Positions 16,107 to 29,039 of a stretch of DNA of 64,000 nucleotides are shown piece by piece. The translations under genes and the position numbers were made by a program. Source of the stretch: the human T2T-CHM13v2.0 reference genome, Homo sapiens; assembly GCF_009914755.1 (NCBI RefSeq), contig NC_060945.1; one strand, written 5' to 3'. The notes under the pieces were generated by a model. That model saw only the letters and a list, made by a program, of their open reading frames with translations. It made no database searches and was not told where the DNA came from. The number at the start of each line of letters is the position of its first letter. The first letter of the stretch is position 1.

Positions 16107-16773
16107 TGGATACGCCACTTTGAAGAGAATGTTGCCAAGTCTGTGGGATTAAAAAAAAAAAGAAAAAAATAACAACAAATGACTGTTGGTCAACTTGGAA
16201 ATTCCAGACATCTAGAAATAACATTAATTCAAGGAGAGAAATCAAATTCCTGTCATTATCTTCTGAGAATATCTCAAGTAGGAGGCCCTGATTCTGAGGT
16301 CAATACACTCTTATAGATTTCCCCAGTTTGGTTCCTGTTTCTCCAATTTTCCATGTTGCTTTTCTTCGTGGTTCGAGGGTGTTTGGATGTTTCACTGGGA
16401 GAGATGCTGGCAAGCTTACTTGCTTCGCCAGGCCTGCTATGCATCCTGTGGGATAGCTCTCCTGGGAGGCTGTGTGTGAGCACAAACAAGGGCTGGAGGA
16501 GGTTAAAATCTGTTGTTCTCTTCTCCCTTCTCTTCTCTTCTCTTCTTTTCTCTCTTTCCTCCTTCCATTTCTGCTTCCTTTTCTCTCTTCTCCTCTCTTT
16601 CTCTGTCTTTTAACCATGGAATAAGATTTTCTGCGTCCTTCTCACACTGCCTAATATGACTAAAACTCTTTCTTGTTGATTAATGGTTTAAATTGCTTTC
16701 TATCTTTCACCCTTCTCCCCTCCAGACAAAGAGGTTTTTGTCGATTCCGGGGATGGGAAATGGTGGGGTATAG

Positions 16774-17085
<312 letters not shown>

Positions 17086-17096
17086 CAAAAAACTTT

Positions 17097-17416
<320 letters not shown>

Positions 17417-18129
17417 TAAGAAGCTAAAATGTGATCCCCTATTTCTCTGTGTTTGTTGGGATGACAACATGGAACATGGTTCAGGCAATGCTCCTGCTCA
17501 GCAGCCTGAATGAGGAGAGGTATGAGGGGCAGTTTTAGGGAGAATTACAAGTTAACACTTCACAATATCGTCTCAGTATGTACACATCATTCTCAGTTTC
17601 TGAAGGAAAGGGTAACTTTTCAGAGCTGCACTTCACACTTTTTTTTCCAAATACATTGCCGATTCCAATTTTGCCCAGAGATTAGAACTCCTTTGTCTAC
17701 TGAGTTTACTAATGTGCTCAAGCCTTTTCGTTTGAACATACTGAAATCTCCTTTTTTTCAGACCTTAAATTCTAAAGATATTTGTATTTGTTAGAAACTC
17801 TCAAGCAGAGTCTGATGGAATGATACGGCAAGGGAATGGAGGCAAAGGCAGGGTTTGAAGAAAATAAAAGCGGATGTGAAGTCCACATCAGTGCTATAAG
17901 AGCATGAGAAATTGTGGCCAGCCCAGACTGAAAGGGTCATGGCCGGCGGAGACGACATTTTAAATGATCCAGGAAGGATGAATGGGAGTAGCATAATCTG
18001 GTGTCATGCTGAGGAAGCATAGCCACCTGTAGTATGCAGCATAGGAGCATCGAGGTAAGTCCAGGATGGCTCCGGGTAGTTATAGTTTTGGGTGGCTGAT
18101 TAGCTTATAGGCTTTCTTCCTCTTTAGAG

Positions 18130-18832
18130 TGAAAGGTGAACGGTATCTGAGTTATTGGTGACGAATCTGTACGTGTCTACAGCGACCTCAATACCTGCCT
18201 TCTCATTAGAAAGAATTCAACCGAGGGGCGTAAGAGAGAAAAAGAGACGGGCAAGTTTCAGAGGAGGAGTGGAAGTTTATGTAAAAAGGCTTTAGAACAG
18301 GAAAGAAAGGAAAATACTTTAGGAAGAGACTCAAGTGGGCACTGAGGTCAAGTGCAGTATTTAACCTTGATCTTAGGACTTTTTAGGCTGGTCCCTTGCC
18401 CATGGTTCTTCCCTTAGGGTGGGCCGCCCCCATGTGCAGTGCCTTCCTTATGCTCAGAGGTGAGCACGCGGTAGTGTGTTTAGGAAGTTGTGTGCATGCC
18501 CATCTGAGGCTTTCTTCCCTTTTCCGGTGGAGTGTCCCCGGAAGGTCATACTCCGCCATTTTGTCGCTTAATGTGCATGCCCAGGCTTACTTGCCCTATA
18601 CCTGAGATTTTATTGGAAGCCCCTTTTTGCTTCTCCCTGGAACCTGCATTCAACTAACACTTTAATGCAACAGGTGTGGACCATCAGGAAATGGCCTCTT
18701 CCTGGCACTGGCTGCCAATTGATCACTTTTAGAGAGGCAATGTGATAATTGCACAACCATCATCCGATATTCCCAGTGGGTAGGGGAGAGCCCTCTCTTG
18801 CCCCGCTCATGCCTGTCTAACTCCCTGTAACA
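18130..18832 (-). mobile_element. MER50-like ERV1 solo LTR
   Basis: Minus strand begins TGTTACAGGGAGTTAGACAGGCATGAGCGGGGCAAGAGAGGG; GACGAATCTGTACG..ACCTCAAT near the other end; exact subfamily uncertain. Confidence 0.7.
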
Positions 18833-19262
18833 GTTTTGACCCATGGATGAAAAGTTTTCATGGTTGTGTTCCTACTCTGTGACCCTGTCAAGTTATAGTG
18901 ATGAATCCCTGACTTAGGCTAAGCCCGTCTAGTTTCAAATATCTGAAATTTCATAGTTTGAGTTGAGACGAAGTAACTATTGGGAGATGAAAACTGAGTT
19001 GCTAGTGGCTGTGCTCTAGAAGGAAGTTTTATAAACATTGGGGCTGGTGCTGGGGCTGCCTGTTCACCTACATTCCAACGTGTTAAACTTGCTAAGTTGG
19101 TGGTAGATGCCAGTATTCTCCTAATTAATTCATTTTTGATGGTTGTTTTTACAAACAATTTCCAGGTTTTTTTTTAATACCTTAACTCATTAACTGTCCA
19201 CAAATCTGTCATTCAAAATTAGCCCATGTGTTCCCAGTACTGTGATTTTCTCAGATTAAGAA

Positions 19263-19467
19263 AGTAGTTCTCAAACTTTAGATGACATCAGACTTGCCTG
19301 GAGGGTTTGTTAAAACACAGATTGCTGGAACCCCTGCCCCTCACCCCCTGCAGAGATTCATCTGATTCATCAAGTCTTGGGTGGGGCATGAAAATTTAAA
19401 TTTTTATCTTTAATAAGTTTTTAATGCTTATGTTGCTGGTCAGAGAACCACAATATCAGAAATACTG
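19263..19467. mobile_element. MER5A hAT-Charlie DNA transposon
   Basis: AGTAGTTCTCAAACTT...AGAAATACTG terminal inverted repeats; TTGTTAAAACACAGATTGCTGG. Confidence 0.8.
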
Positions 19468-20029
19468 ATTTATGCAGTAATAACTTTTGAAGAATTCTGT
19501 AAAAATAAAAATACATTATGATATGTATTACACTTAAGTGTTTATGTTCGTATGGCGTAAAAGTCCAATCTCAAGACCTTTAACACCTTAGCATAAATGG
19601 GATAATATTCATTTCTAATGGGAAGTTTATTGATTTGGGTACAGTTGTGGTGATCATATGCCACAAATTATCCTGGGTATACCAATTTCAAGTAATTTTT
19701 TCCTTCCAATAAATTTGGGCCATCATATGCATAAACAGAATTTAATATCTATACTCTGATAAGATAGTTCATTTAAACATGTTCACAGAACAATAAAAGA
19801 CATCTATCCTTAGGTCACAGGTCCTAGCTTTTTGTTTACCAAGGAATATCATCACTGTGGCATACAAAGAAAATTTGAGTGAAGGAAGAGAGAAAGGGAA
19901 GTCCAAAGCAGGGGTCACCAGAAAGATGTTCCCAGCGGGCTTGTGTGTGTTATAGTACGAAGGTGTGTCACTTAGCATTTGCCCAGAGAAGTAGGACCAG
20001 TAGGGAGTAATGACCTCCACCACACAGTA

Positions 20030-20257
20030 CAAAATTGTTGTCTGCAGGTGGAATTCCGTCTCTCCAGGAAGGCTCGGGCCTGCTTTCCAACTGATTAAGC
20101 CAGGCCCACCCAGGTTGTCCAGGATAATCTCCCTTAATTAAAGTCAACTGAACAGGGACTTTAAATCTGCAAAATCCTTTCAAAGCAACAAGTAGATTAG
20201 TGTTTGAATACCTGGGGACTACAGCTTAGCTGGGTTGACATCAAAAAAGCCATTACA
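20030..20257 (-). mobile_element. MLT2 (ERVL) LTR fragment
   Basis: GGCCCACCCAG..GGATAATCTCCC..AAAGTCAACTGA..TAGATTAGTGTTTGA..GTTGACAT. Confidence 0.7.
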
Positions 20258-20879
20258 GAGGGTATGAGCTATACTCAGAGGGAGGGTGCCAAAAAGGGTA
20301 AAAGAATGGTTCTGAGGGCCAGGAGCACCAATCTTCTCTTATTTTCAGTTTTGGAAACTGGATATACTCTGTATTCAGCAATTGCCTTGTAATAGACTTC
20401 AAGAGTGAGAAAAAAGAATCCCTTAATAATAGTTTCTGCAAATGTGTGAAAGCTGAGTGTGAGGAGAAAAAGTTGTTTTCAGGAACTAGGAGCTGGTTCA
20501 CCTTTAAAAAGAAAATCAGCTGCCTCTGGCAAAATGGAATTGCAGCATTGTCCTGGATGGTAATTTGCACTAGTAAATTTATCACCAACCTGGCAGGGGA
20601 GATGCTGAAGACAAAAGCTTTTATCTCTCAGTAAGTCAGTAATGAAGCCTCAGACAGGCAGCTGAGGAATGTGCGCGCTTGGTTGGCAAAGTCGTCTGCC
20701 CTTTGGTCTCTGAGCACATGGCAAGAGTTGGACAGGTGGTCGCAGTTAATTTTGGCGTATCGTAAAAATGACTATGGGTCCCAGGGAGGTTCCACGGGCT
20801 ATTAATTAAAAATTCAGCCTTAATGTAAAATTCCATGATTGCCAAGGAATCAGTCACTTAGCGATATCAGGTAAATTCC

Positions 20880-20952
20880 TGTGCAAGGAAATAATATCTC
20901 AGTACTCCCAATTCACTAAGCCAAAAAGGAAAAGTTAAGTTGAGTCATGCAG

Positions 20953-21000
<48 letters not shown>

Positions 21001-21552
21001 ACAACAACAACAACAACAATAGCAAACTACCTTTGCTTGAGTTCCTAAACAAATAGTTATAGGGTAGAAGGCCACATGTCTCTTCAGGGGGCTTCTCTCA
21101 CTCTGACAATGTAAGTGAACAGCTTATCTTCACAGTATGGTACAAGAGGAGACTGGAAATCATTCCTATCCACCCTGAGATGAATGCATATTTGACTTCC
21201 TCCTCTACTCTATGTTTACTTTATCTTATGTAAAGTGCAGATTTACTGAATGTGAGATGAATACCTAATTGACTATTCCCTCTACCCCCTCCTTTCCATG
21301 TGAGTATTCAGTGAGCCTAATCAAAGCATCACAAGAATGTGACTGTATCCTCCCTCTTTTTCTCTCCCCTTTTCCCACGGCCCACTTTTTTCACTTTAAA
21401 TATTGAAGCTCTCAAAGTCCTCTTTGGAAAAAATATGGGCCACAGATCCTTCTGGGACTTGTGTCTCTCTTTCCTGGATGCATCCTTAACTTTGGCAAAA
21501 TAAACCTCTAAATTGATTGAGACTCACTTCAGTTATTTTGTTCGGTGTTACA
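20880..21552 (+). mobile_element. MER4-group ERV1 solo LTR containing (CA)n(CAA)n
   Basis: TGTGCAAGGAAATAATATCTC..CACTAAGCCAAA start; AATAAACCTCTAAATTGATTGAGAC..TTACA end; near-TSD TTCC/GTCC. Confidence 0.75.
20954..21019. repeat. Compound (CA)n/(CAA)n microsatellite
   Basis: Read directly. Confidence 0.95.
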
Positions 21553-22143
21553 GTCCTAAGAACTTGGAACACAATCTAATTTTTGTCTCAGAGAGTCAGA
21601 AATTAATGCCACATTCATGGCAGCTGGAGTGGGTAATTGTGTGTTTGATGAGATCCCACTGTGAGAGCCTACCACGGAGCTGAGTGGTTAACAGATAAAT
21701 GCTATTATTGAAGGACAGGAGAAATGCCGCTTACATAAAGTATACCTTTCAGACGAAAACTACCTGAGAAGGGGTGGAGTCCACATGAAAACCTCAAATT
21801 ATAGCACACATGAAAGAAAATAATCCAGCAGTTAGAGGAATGGAAAAGTAGCACTGCCTTAGCTCCTCTTTCAAAGCCTTTCCCTTTTTGGTCCCGTGTA
21901 TTATCGTCTCCTAACACCATTTTGATGTCCTGTGGATATCCAAAGGTTTCTCTCCAAATCTCACCTCTCTGGTTTTTGGTCTGCCATTGATCCTTTCCCT
22001 GCCAACCTTATTCTTTTAAAATTTACCTCTCCTAGGAATAATACTCTTGGAAATCTGTTTCCAATTCTCTGATTTCTGAAAGATACTGTGATAATCATGT
22101 TGATGCTGACTGTGGAATTCACTCAGTGGTAGATCCTAGACTA

Positions 22144-22597
<454 letters not shown>

Positions 22598-23955
22598 TCA
22601 TTGTTGTTATTTTTGCCTATCTGAGCATCATTCCCATTGCATTTATAACTTGGGGGTAGCTTAAAGGTCTATTTTCCAATATTGTAAAAAATAATATTAA
22701 AACCAATGCTCAAGAAAGTTATGTGAGTTTCCCAGTAGCAGACAATCTTGAGGGTTTTTAATATGTATCACTCAGAAGTATGAAAAATCAACAGAAATGA
22801 ATAGCTCCTTGTGGGCTTCCAGGCATTGGGGCACATGTCTAGGGATTTTTAATAGCTCTGGGTCCTTTCTGTTACACTGTAAATCCATAAACATGCAACT
22901 ACCTATCTGTGCCTCAATAAACTTGTTATTTTGGTCATTACAAAGAGGCATTACACTAATGCAGGAATAGAAAAATAGAATGCATGTAGTTCAACATATG
23001 GCATCTCTGAATTTTATCACTTTTTGAATTAACCAAGTGTTAAGCATTTAATTGATGCCCTAGGTCAATGGAATTCTACTGAACTGTATGATCTTGGATA
23101 AGTCACTTAATTTCTCTTCTGAGTGTTGGGTTAGTTATACAATTGACAGGTTAAATTAGATCATCTTTTAGCACTAAGGTTTTATGATCTTCCATCTATA
23201 TCCCATAGATGATATGACATCTATGGGAAATACGATCTAAGTTAGATGGTTCATCATTGCTGGGGAAATACAAAACCAACAATGATTCTGACAGAATGAT
23301 TAGCATCCCTGAAAGATCGATTATACCAAGACTTATTTATCCACAAGCGAGGGATTGTTTAGTTACTCTGGACAATTATGGTTGTTATCTTCAAGTGGTC
23401 TTATCACAGACAGAACTGCAGCTTTTGGTCTTTTCTAAGAGATTTAAATCATTTTAATGGGGCTTATAATTCCACATCAAATCATGACTAACAATAAGAT
23501 AAAGTTCAGAGGCTTAAAAATTGCCGTAAGAGCAGAGAAATAATCTGTAGCAAATCCACAAGTTAATGAGATGCCTGATGTGGGAGTGTGCATTTTCTAA
23601 GAAAAACCATTCCTCTGAAAGATACTGATCCCAGACTTCAGAGAAATGATGAGGGCCTTGGAACTTTCCTGCAGGCTAATCTGCCAGAGAACCAGTTTGC
23701 CAATCCCTCGGATATTTGCTCCTGCTTGTTTCTTTTCCAATTGCAGTTGTTTACATTCCTCTGCCCGGCTACCTCCTCACATTCCTCTTATATATATATT
23801 TTTCTTAGCTTCCTCCTTCCCTGCTGTATTTGAGGCATGCCTAACAACTCTCTTTCATTGTTATTTATTTATATTGCTAAGAACTATGGGAAAACACATA
23901 GATTGACGAAAGTAACAGATCTCAGAGAATGAATCTCAAAATATACTCAAGTAAT

Positions 23956-24317
23956 TGATATGGTTTGGCTGTGTCCCCATCCAAATCTCACCTTGAATTG
24001 TAGCTCCCATAATTCCCACGTGTTGTGGGAGGAACCTAATCAGAGTTAATTGAATCATAGGGGTGATTTCCCCCATGCTGTTCTTGAAGTAGTGAATAAG
24101 TCTCACGAGATCTGAATGTTTTATAAGGGGAAATCCCTTTCACTTGGTTTTCATTCTCTCTCGTCTGCCACCATGAAAGATGTGCGTTTCACGTTCCACT
24201 ATGATTGTGAGGCCTCCCCAGCTGCATGGAACTGTGAGTCCCTTAAACCTCTTTTTCTTTATAAATTAACCAGTCTCGGGTATGTCTTTATCAGCAGTGT
24301 GGAAACAGACTAATACA
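23956..24317 (+). mobile_element. THE1 (MaLR) solo LTR
   Basis: TGATATGGTTTGGCTGTGTCCCC...ACAGACTAATACA termini. Confidence 0.93.
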
Positions 24318-24730
24318 GCGATTGTCTCTAGAATTCACTGAATTGTAAACAAGGCTACATATACATTCTGGTAGCGTCCTTTCTAGATTCCTTCCATGGC
24401 TGTTCCCTACTTCTTTTGTTAGTGTTTTCTTTTTTTTCCCTCTAGTTCTGTCTATGTTGGGCACTTGCTGGGGATGCTTAGAAGTCAGCCTAAGGTCCAG
24501 TAGGTCTGGTCCTGTTGTCCCTGGACTGTGCTGGTCTTGTCTTCCTGTTTTTTATTGTTCTAGCACCCCTTTACTAACCTTTAGGCTAATGTTTAAATTG
24601 ACCTTAGTCTAAATGGCATGTTCAAAGGCGAAGTGGCCTTTATGATGTGATCATCCTTGGATTAATTTTTAGGTTATTATTTCCTCTCTCAGCCTTGATC
24701 CTTGGGGATGCCAATTTTATTTGCTGGTTC

Positions 24731-25235
24731 TGCTACCGGTGGAGGGTGTCCAGGTTCTCGGTGTCTTGAACATAAATTGGACAAAACGTACAAAGAAAGA
24801 AAGAATGAAGCAACTAAAGCAGAGATTTATTGAAATCAGAAACATACTCCACAAGGTAGGAGTGGGCCGAGCATACGGCTCAAGGGCCTGGTTACAGAAT
24901 TTTCTGGAGTTTAAATTCTCTCTAGAGGTTTCCATTGGTTACTTAGTGTACCATCCTATGCAGATGAAGAGGCTAAAGTGAAGTTACAAAGTTATTTACT
25001 TGGTGTACACCCTATGCAAAGTGGATGTGTACACCCTATGCAAAGTGGATGTGTACACCCTATGCAAAGTGGATGTGTACACCCTATGCAAAGAAGAGGA
25101 TGTTTCCTGTCATAGCTGAAGTAGAGTTACAAAGTTATTTACTTGGACTTAGAAGGCTGGGTTGGGGTTTTTCCATTTAATTTAGTTCTAGGAAGTCCTT
25201 AGGTTCCCTGCCTCCAGACCCTATTTCCTGCCTCA
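24731..25235 (-). mobile_element. MER51A-like ERV1 solo LTR
   Basis: Minus strand starts TGAGGCAGGAAATAGGGTCTGGAGGCAGGG; perfect 4-bp TSD GTTC (24727-24730, 25236-25239). Confidence 0.85.
25003..25093. repeat. 24-bp minisatellite, 3.8 perfect copies
   Basis: Unit GTGTACACCCTATGCAAAGTGGAT at 25003, 25027, 25051 and a partial copy at 25075. Confidence 0.97.
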
Positions 25236-25314
25236 GTTCCTAGTTCCAATCCTTGGTTCTGGTTAAAAGTTTTCTACAGGCCACCTGAATTTTAGACGAA
25301 AGGTTCTTTCTAGC

Positions 25315-25500
25315 GATGTGGTGGTAAATGTTTAACAACTTGCTTTTAGAAAAAAAAGAAAAACCTGATTTGTAGCATTTGCCAATTTCTCTCGTGTAAA
25401 TACTACCACTATGGTCAATTTCAAATCCCCAGTGTGATGCCATGGAACTCAGAATTGGAATGGAATGAACGTAACTGACTCTCACTAGCTGGCTCTATCA
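25315..25500. mobile_element. Old DNA-transposon fragment (hAT-like)
   Basis: TGGTAAATGTTTAACAAC..CCTGATTTGTAGCATTTGCCAATTTC..GTGTAAATACT resembles a recalled old hAT MITE; family not certain. Confidence 0.45.
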
Positions 25501-26833
25501 CCCCCTTAGTCAGTTCTCTAACTCATTTGTGGAATGGAGAAAGCAACTTAATTCTTTCTTAATTTTTGCATTTTGTCATTCCCCACCCCTCCCCCCACCA
25601 TCCCTGGAAGACACACCAGGCTGATCTCATAGTTCTTCTGGTGATTTTTAGTATTAAAATATTCACTAAAGTCTAATACAATTGTTTATTCAAGTTAAAA
25701 CTTCTTCCCTATTCCAGTTTGTACTTGACCTCATCTGTAAGCCTACTGTTGAGCAGAAAAACATGTACCAGTTACCAATGCCAGGTGAAGATTCCAACTA
25801 TCTGGAGGATAGACAAGGTCATCATAATGCCAGCCACCTGTAATAGAAATCCAAACACTTATGCCCACTGTATCTTAGTATTGGAGTCGCCAAGGAAAAC
25901 GCAGTACTGTCAAGCACTGGCTGGAGCAACGCTTTTACTCACATAGAGAAGAGACAGGGTGAGATCAGCTCCAACAATGTGCATGAGTCTTGCATGGCTA
26001 GTGGGCCCCTCTGGCAGCCAATGCAGGGCAAGAGGCCTTCACATACCCATCCTGTACTGCAGTAGTAGGACGCTGACCCTTCCCCTGTGGGGCCTGAAAT
26101 ACTGAAAGCTGGGGGTGTGCTTGAGGGCCGTTGACACATATGATTAAGACTAACAGAGGAGCACACACAGAGCCTGGAACTTGGCAAGGAAGTGTTCCAG
26201 GCACAAGGCCCATTCTTATGGGGCAGAGCATGGGGACTGCCTTTCATCTCTATTTTTTTGTCTTGCTCTTTTACTCCTCCCACACCCCCGCCCTTGCTGC
26301 TTCCTGCTTCTCCGGGCTTAAAGACTGTAGTGGTGCAGCGTATTGGTGAGTGGGAGAGAAGGCCTTATTTCTCTGTTAGACTTGGTGGGTCTGGGGGTGG
26401 CAGATGTCCCTAGCTGCCTCTTTCTCTTATGGTACACTATTATGGCTTCCTTGGAGAGTCCTCCCTGAGGATCTCCAATTCCGGTTTTCTGGCAAGGAGC
26501 TTCCTCTTCCAGCTGGCTGTTTCCTGTTTCCCCTTAGATCCTGGATCTGTCTACATCTAGCCTCTTTATTCACTTTTGTCCTCTTCAACTCTAGACATAC
26601 ATCTGACACCAATAAATCCTGCCGTTTGGCTGTGTCTCAGGCAGGCTGCTACAGGTGCTCTCTCTCCTTTGGACTTTCTAAGAGTGAGGCTGGTACCATC
26701 CTGGAAGTTGAAGGGACACATGCCCTCCACCTGGTTCCCTTAAAGCCATCTTCTCTTCACTACAGGTGAGGAAGGGAAGTGCCACAACACAGAATACCAT
26801 ACACATCCTTCATCTTCAATCTCTTCAGCCTCT

Positions 26834-27309
26834 TGTGAACCCCAAATATCTGAGACAGGCCTCAATCAATTTAGAAAGTTTATTTTGCTAAGGTTAAGGA
26901 TGCGCCTGTGACCCAACCTCAGGAGGTCCTGATGACATGTGCCCAAAGTGGTTGGGGCACAATTGGTTTTATGCATTTTAGGGAGACATGAGACATCAAT
27001 CAATATGTGTAAGATGTACATTGGTTTGGTTTGGAAAGGCAGGACAATGCTAAGTGGGGAGGGGGCTTCCAGGTTGTAAGTATATAAGTGACAAGTGTTT
27101 GCAGTCTTTTGAGTTTCTGATTAGTTTTTCCTAAGGAGGCAATCAGATATGCATTTATCTCAGTGAGTGGAGGGATGACTTTGAGTTTATCTTAGTAGCT
27201 ATCTTTCTTAGGAATAGAATGGGAAAAAAGTTTCCCTAAGCAGTTCCCAGCTTGGCTTTTCCCTTTGGCTTAGTGATTTTGGGGTCCCGAGATTTATTTT
27301 CCTTTCACA
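26834..27309 (-). mobile_element. MER4A ERV1 solo LTR
   Basis: Minus strand starts TGTGAAAGGAAAATAAATCTCGGGACCCCAAAATCACTAAGCC. Confidence 0.88.
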
Positions 27310-28695
27310 TTCCTCATGAGGATTTCCTTTCAAATAGTTCTTCCCTTTGAACAAATAATTTCATTCCTGGGGATCAGTCCTAAGGAACTAAGCCCAAATA
27401 ATAAAAAAGCTTTCTGCTCAAAGATATTCTTTTCATCTTTTTTAAAAAGCTTTTCCTAACATGTTCTGATGGGGGCAGGTGACTGGCAAAGGCTGTTAGA
27501 ACTGGTTTTAGCCACACGAAGGATCCTTGGGAGGTAATTTAGGGTCTCAGGTGAAAATATGAGGCAGGAAGGGTCACATTTTAACATCCTGCTACAAATG
27601 ATTTCTTGGATCCCACCAAAGACCGTTTATTAAGTCTGTATTCCCCACATTCTTCTCTCTGGCTAGATAATTCCCTACTGTGACTTTTTGTATCTTTACA
27701 ATTATTTTCTAGTGGCAGACTTCGGCAGCAATGCAAGTTTACCACATATACTGGCTTTCTGGTCTATCTCAACATGTCTTCCCACCACTCACTTTTTTTT
27801 TTTCTTCATTTTTGGCCCATACTGAGGGGTTGCCAGAATATTTTCTCTTATTTTTTTAAACAAATTCGGTTTTATGTCAAGATTACTAAAATTAATTTTG
27901 ACATGGTATTGCCCATGGTAATTTTGTGTATGTTACAATTCATAATAAATTAACCAGAGTATTTTTTCACAGGCTCCTACCCACTGCATATTTTTATCAT
28001 CTAACACATAGAAAATGTGTCAGTCTGTTAGATTCAATGCAAGTGCTCAGAGAAGTCTTTGTAACTGTACTTTAGATTTTGAGAATTCATTCATGGTTCC
28101 AATACATGGCATTTTACATGTAACATCGCAAATGGGTTTCATTTTAAGCATTCTTTAAATATGGAGCTTGTGAATTACAAAAGAATCTTTTATTTTACAC
28201 CAGAATACTTCACATCTTATGGAAACTCATCATTGATTTTATTTAAAAGAACTAGTTTTTCAAGAACACCTAAACATTTAATTATCATTAAATCAATTAA
28301 CTTGTAACCTCAGGATTATCTAACTATCAATCTGGAATGTCCAGTCAAGACAATGAAATATTAAACATATTTAAGGGGTTATAAATATGTGGAGGGAGGA
28401 ACTAAGTGACAGTATTGAAAACTTTAAATATATGGGGATTACATTATATTAATGTATTTAATTGGTATGTTTATTATATATGGATTATGATATATTATTA
28501 GAAGTTTAAATAAACACAAAAAATATTAAATTTTATAAAAGGGTAAATAATGAGGCTAAATATAAGTTAAACATAAAATATTTGATTAGCTTTTCTTCAT
28601 AACCCTATAAGTACTTAGGTTACATAGTATAATAAAATAGAATGTCCATGTGCATAAATAGCACAAATCTGCAATTAGTAGAAATGACCTGAATA

Positions 28696-28998
28696 GGCCA
28701 GGCCCAGTGGCTCATGCCTGTAACCCCAGCACTCTGGGAGGCTGAGGTGGACAGATCACTTGGGGCCAAGAGTTTGAGACCAGCCTGGCCAACATAACGA
28801 AACCCCATTTCTACTAAAAATACAAAAATTAGCCGGACATGGAGGCACATGCCTATAATCCCAGTGACTCGGGAGGTTGAAGCACGAAAATCACGTGAGT
28901 CTGGGAGGCAGAGGTCGCAATGAGGTGACAGCGCACCATTGCATTCCAGCCTGGGTGACAGAAGGAAACTGTCTCAAAATAAATAAATAAATAAAATA
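28696..28998 (+). mobile_element. AluS SINE
   Basis: Full Alu; TSD about AAATGACCTGAATA / AGATAACCTGAATA. Confidence 0.93.
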
Positions 28999-29039
28999 AG
29001 ATAACCTGAATAAAAATTATTTAAAAAATTTTTAAAAAC

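Noticed and set aside
25003-25093. Short direct repeats resembling a CRISPR array
   Set aside because: The units are contiguous with no unique spacers, there are no cas genes, and the context is a eukaryotic LTR
25939-26769. Cluster of 60-121 aa ORFs
   Set aside because: No homology recognised; the ORFs overlap on both strands, which is typical of chance ORFs
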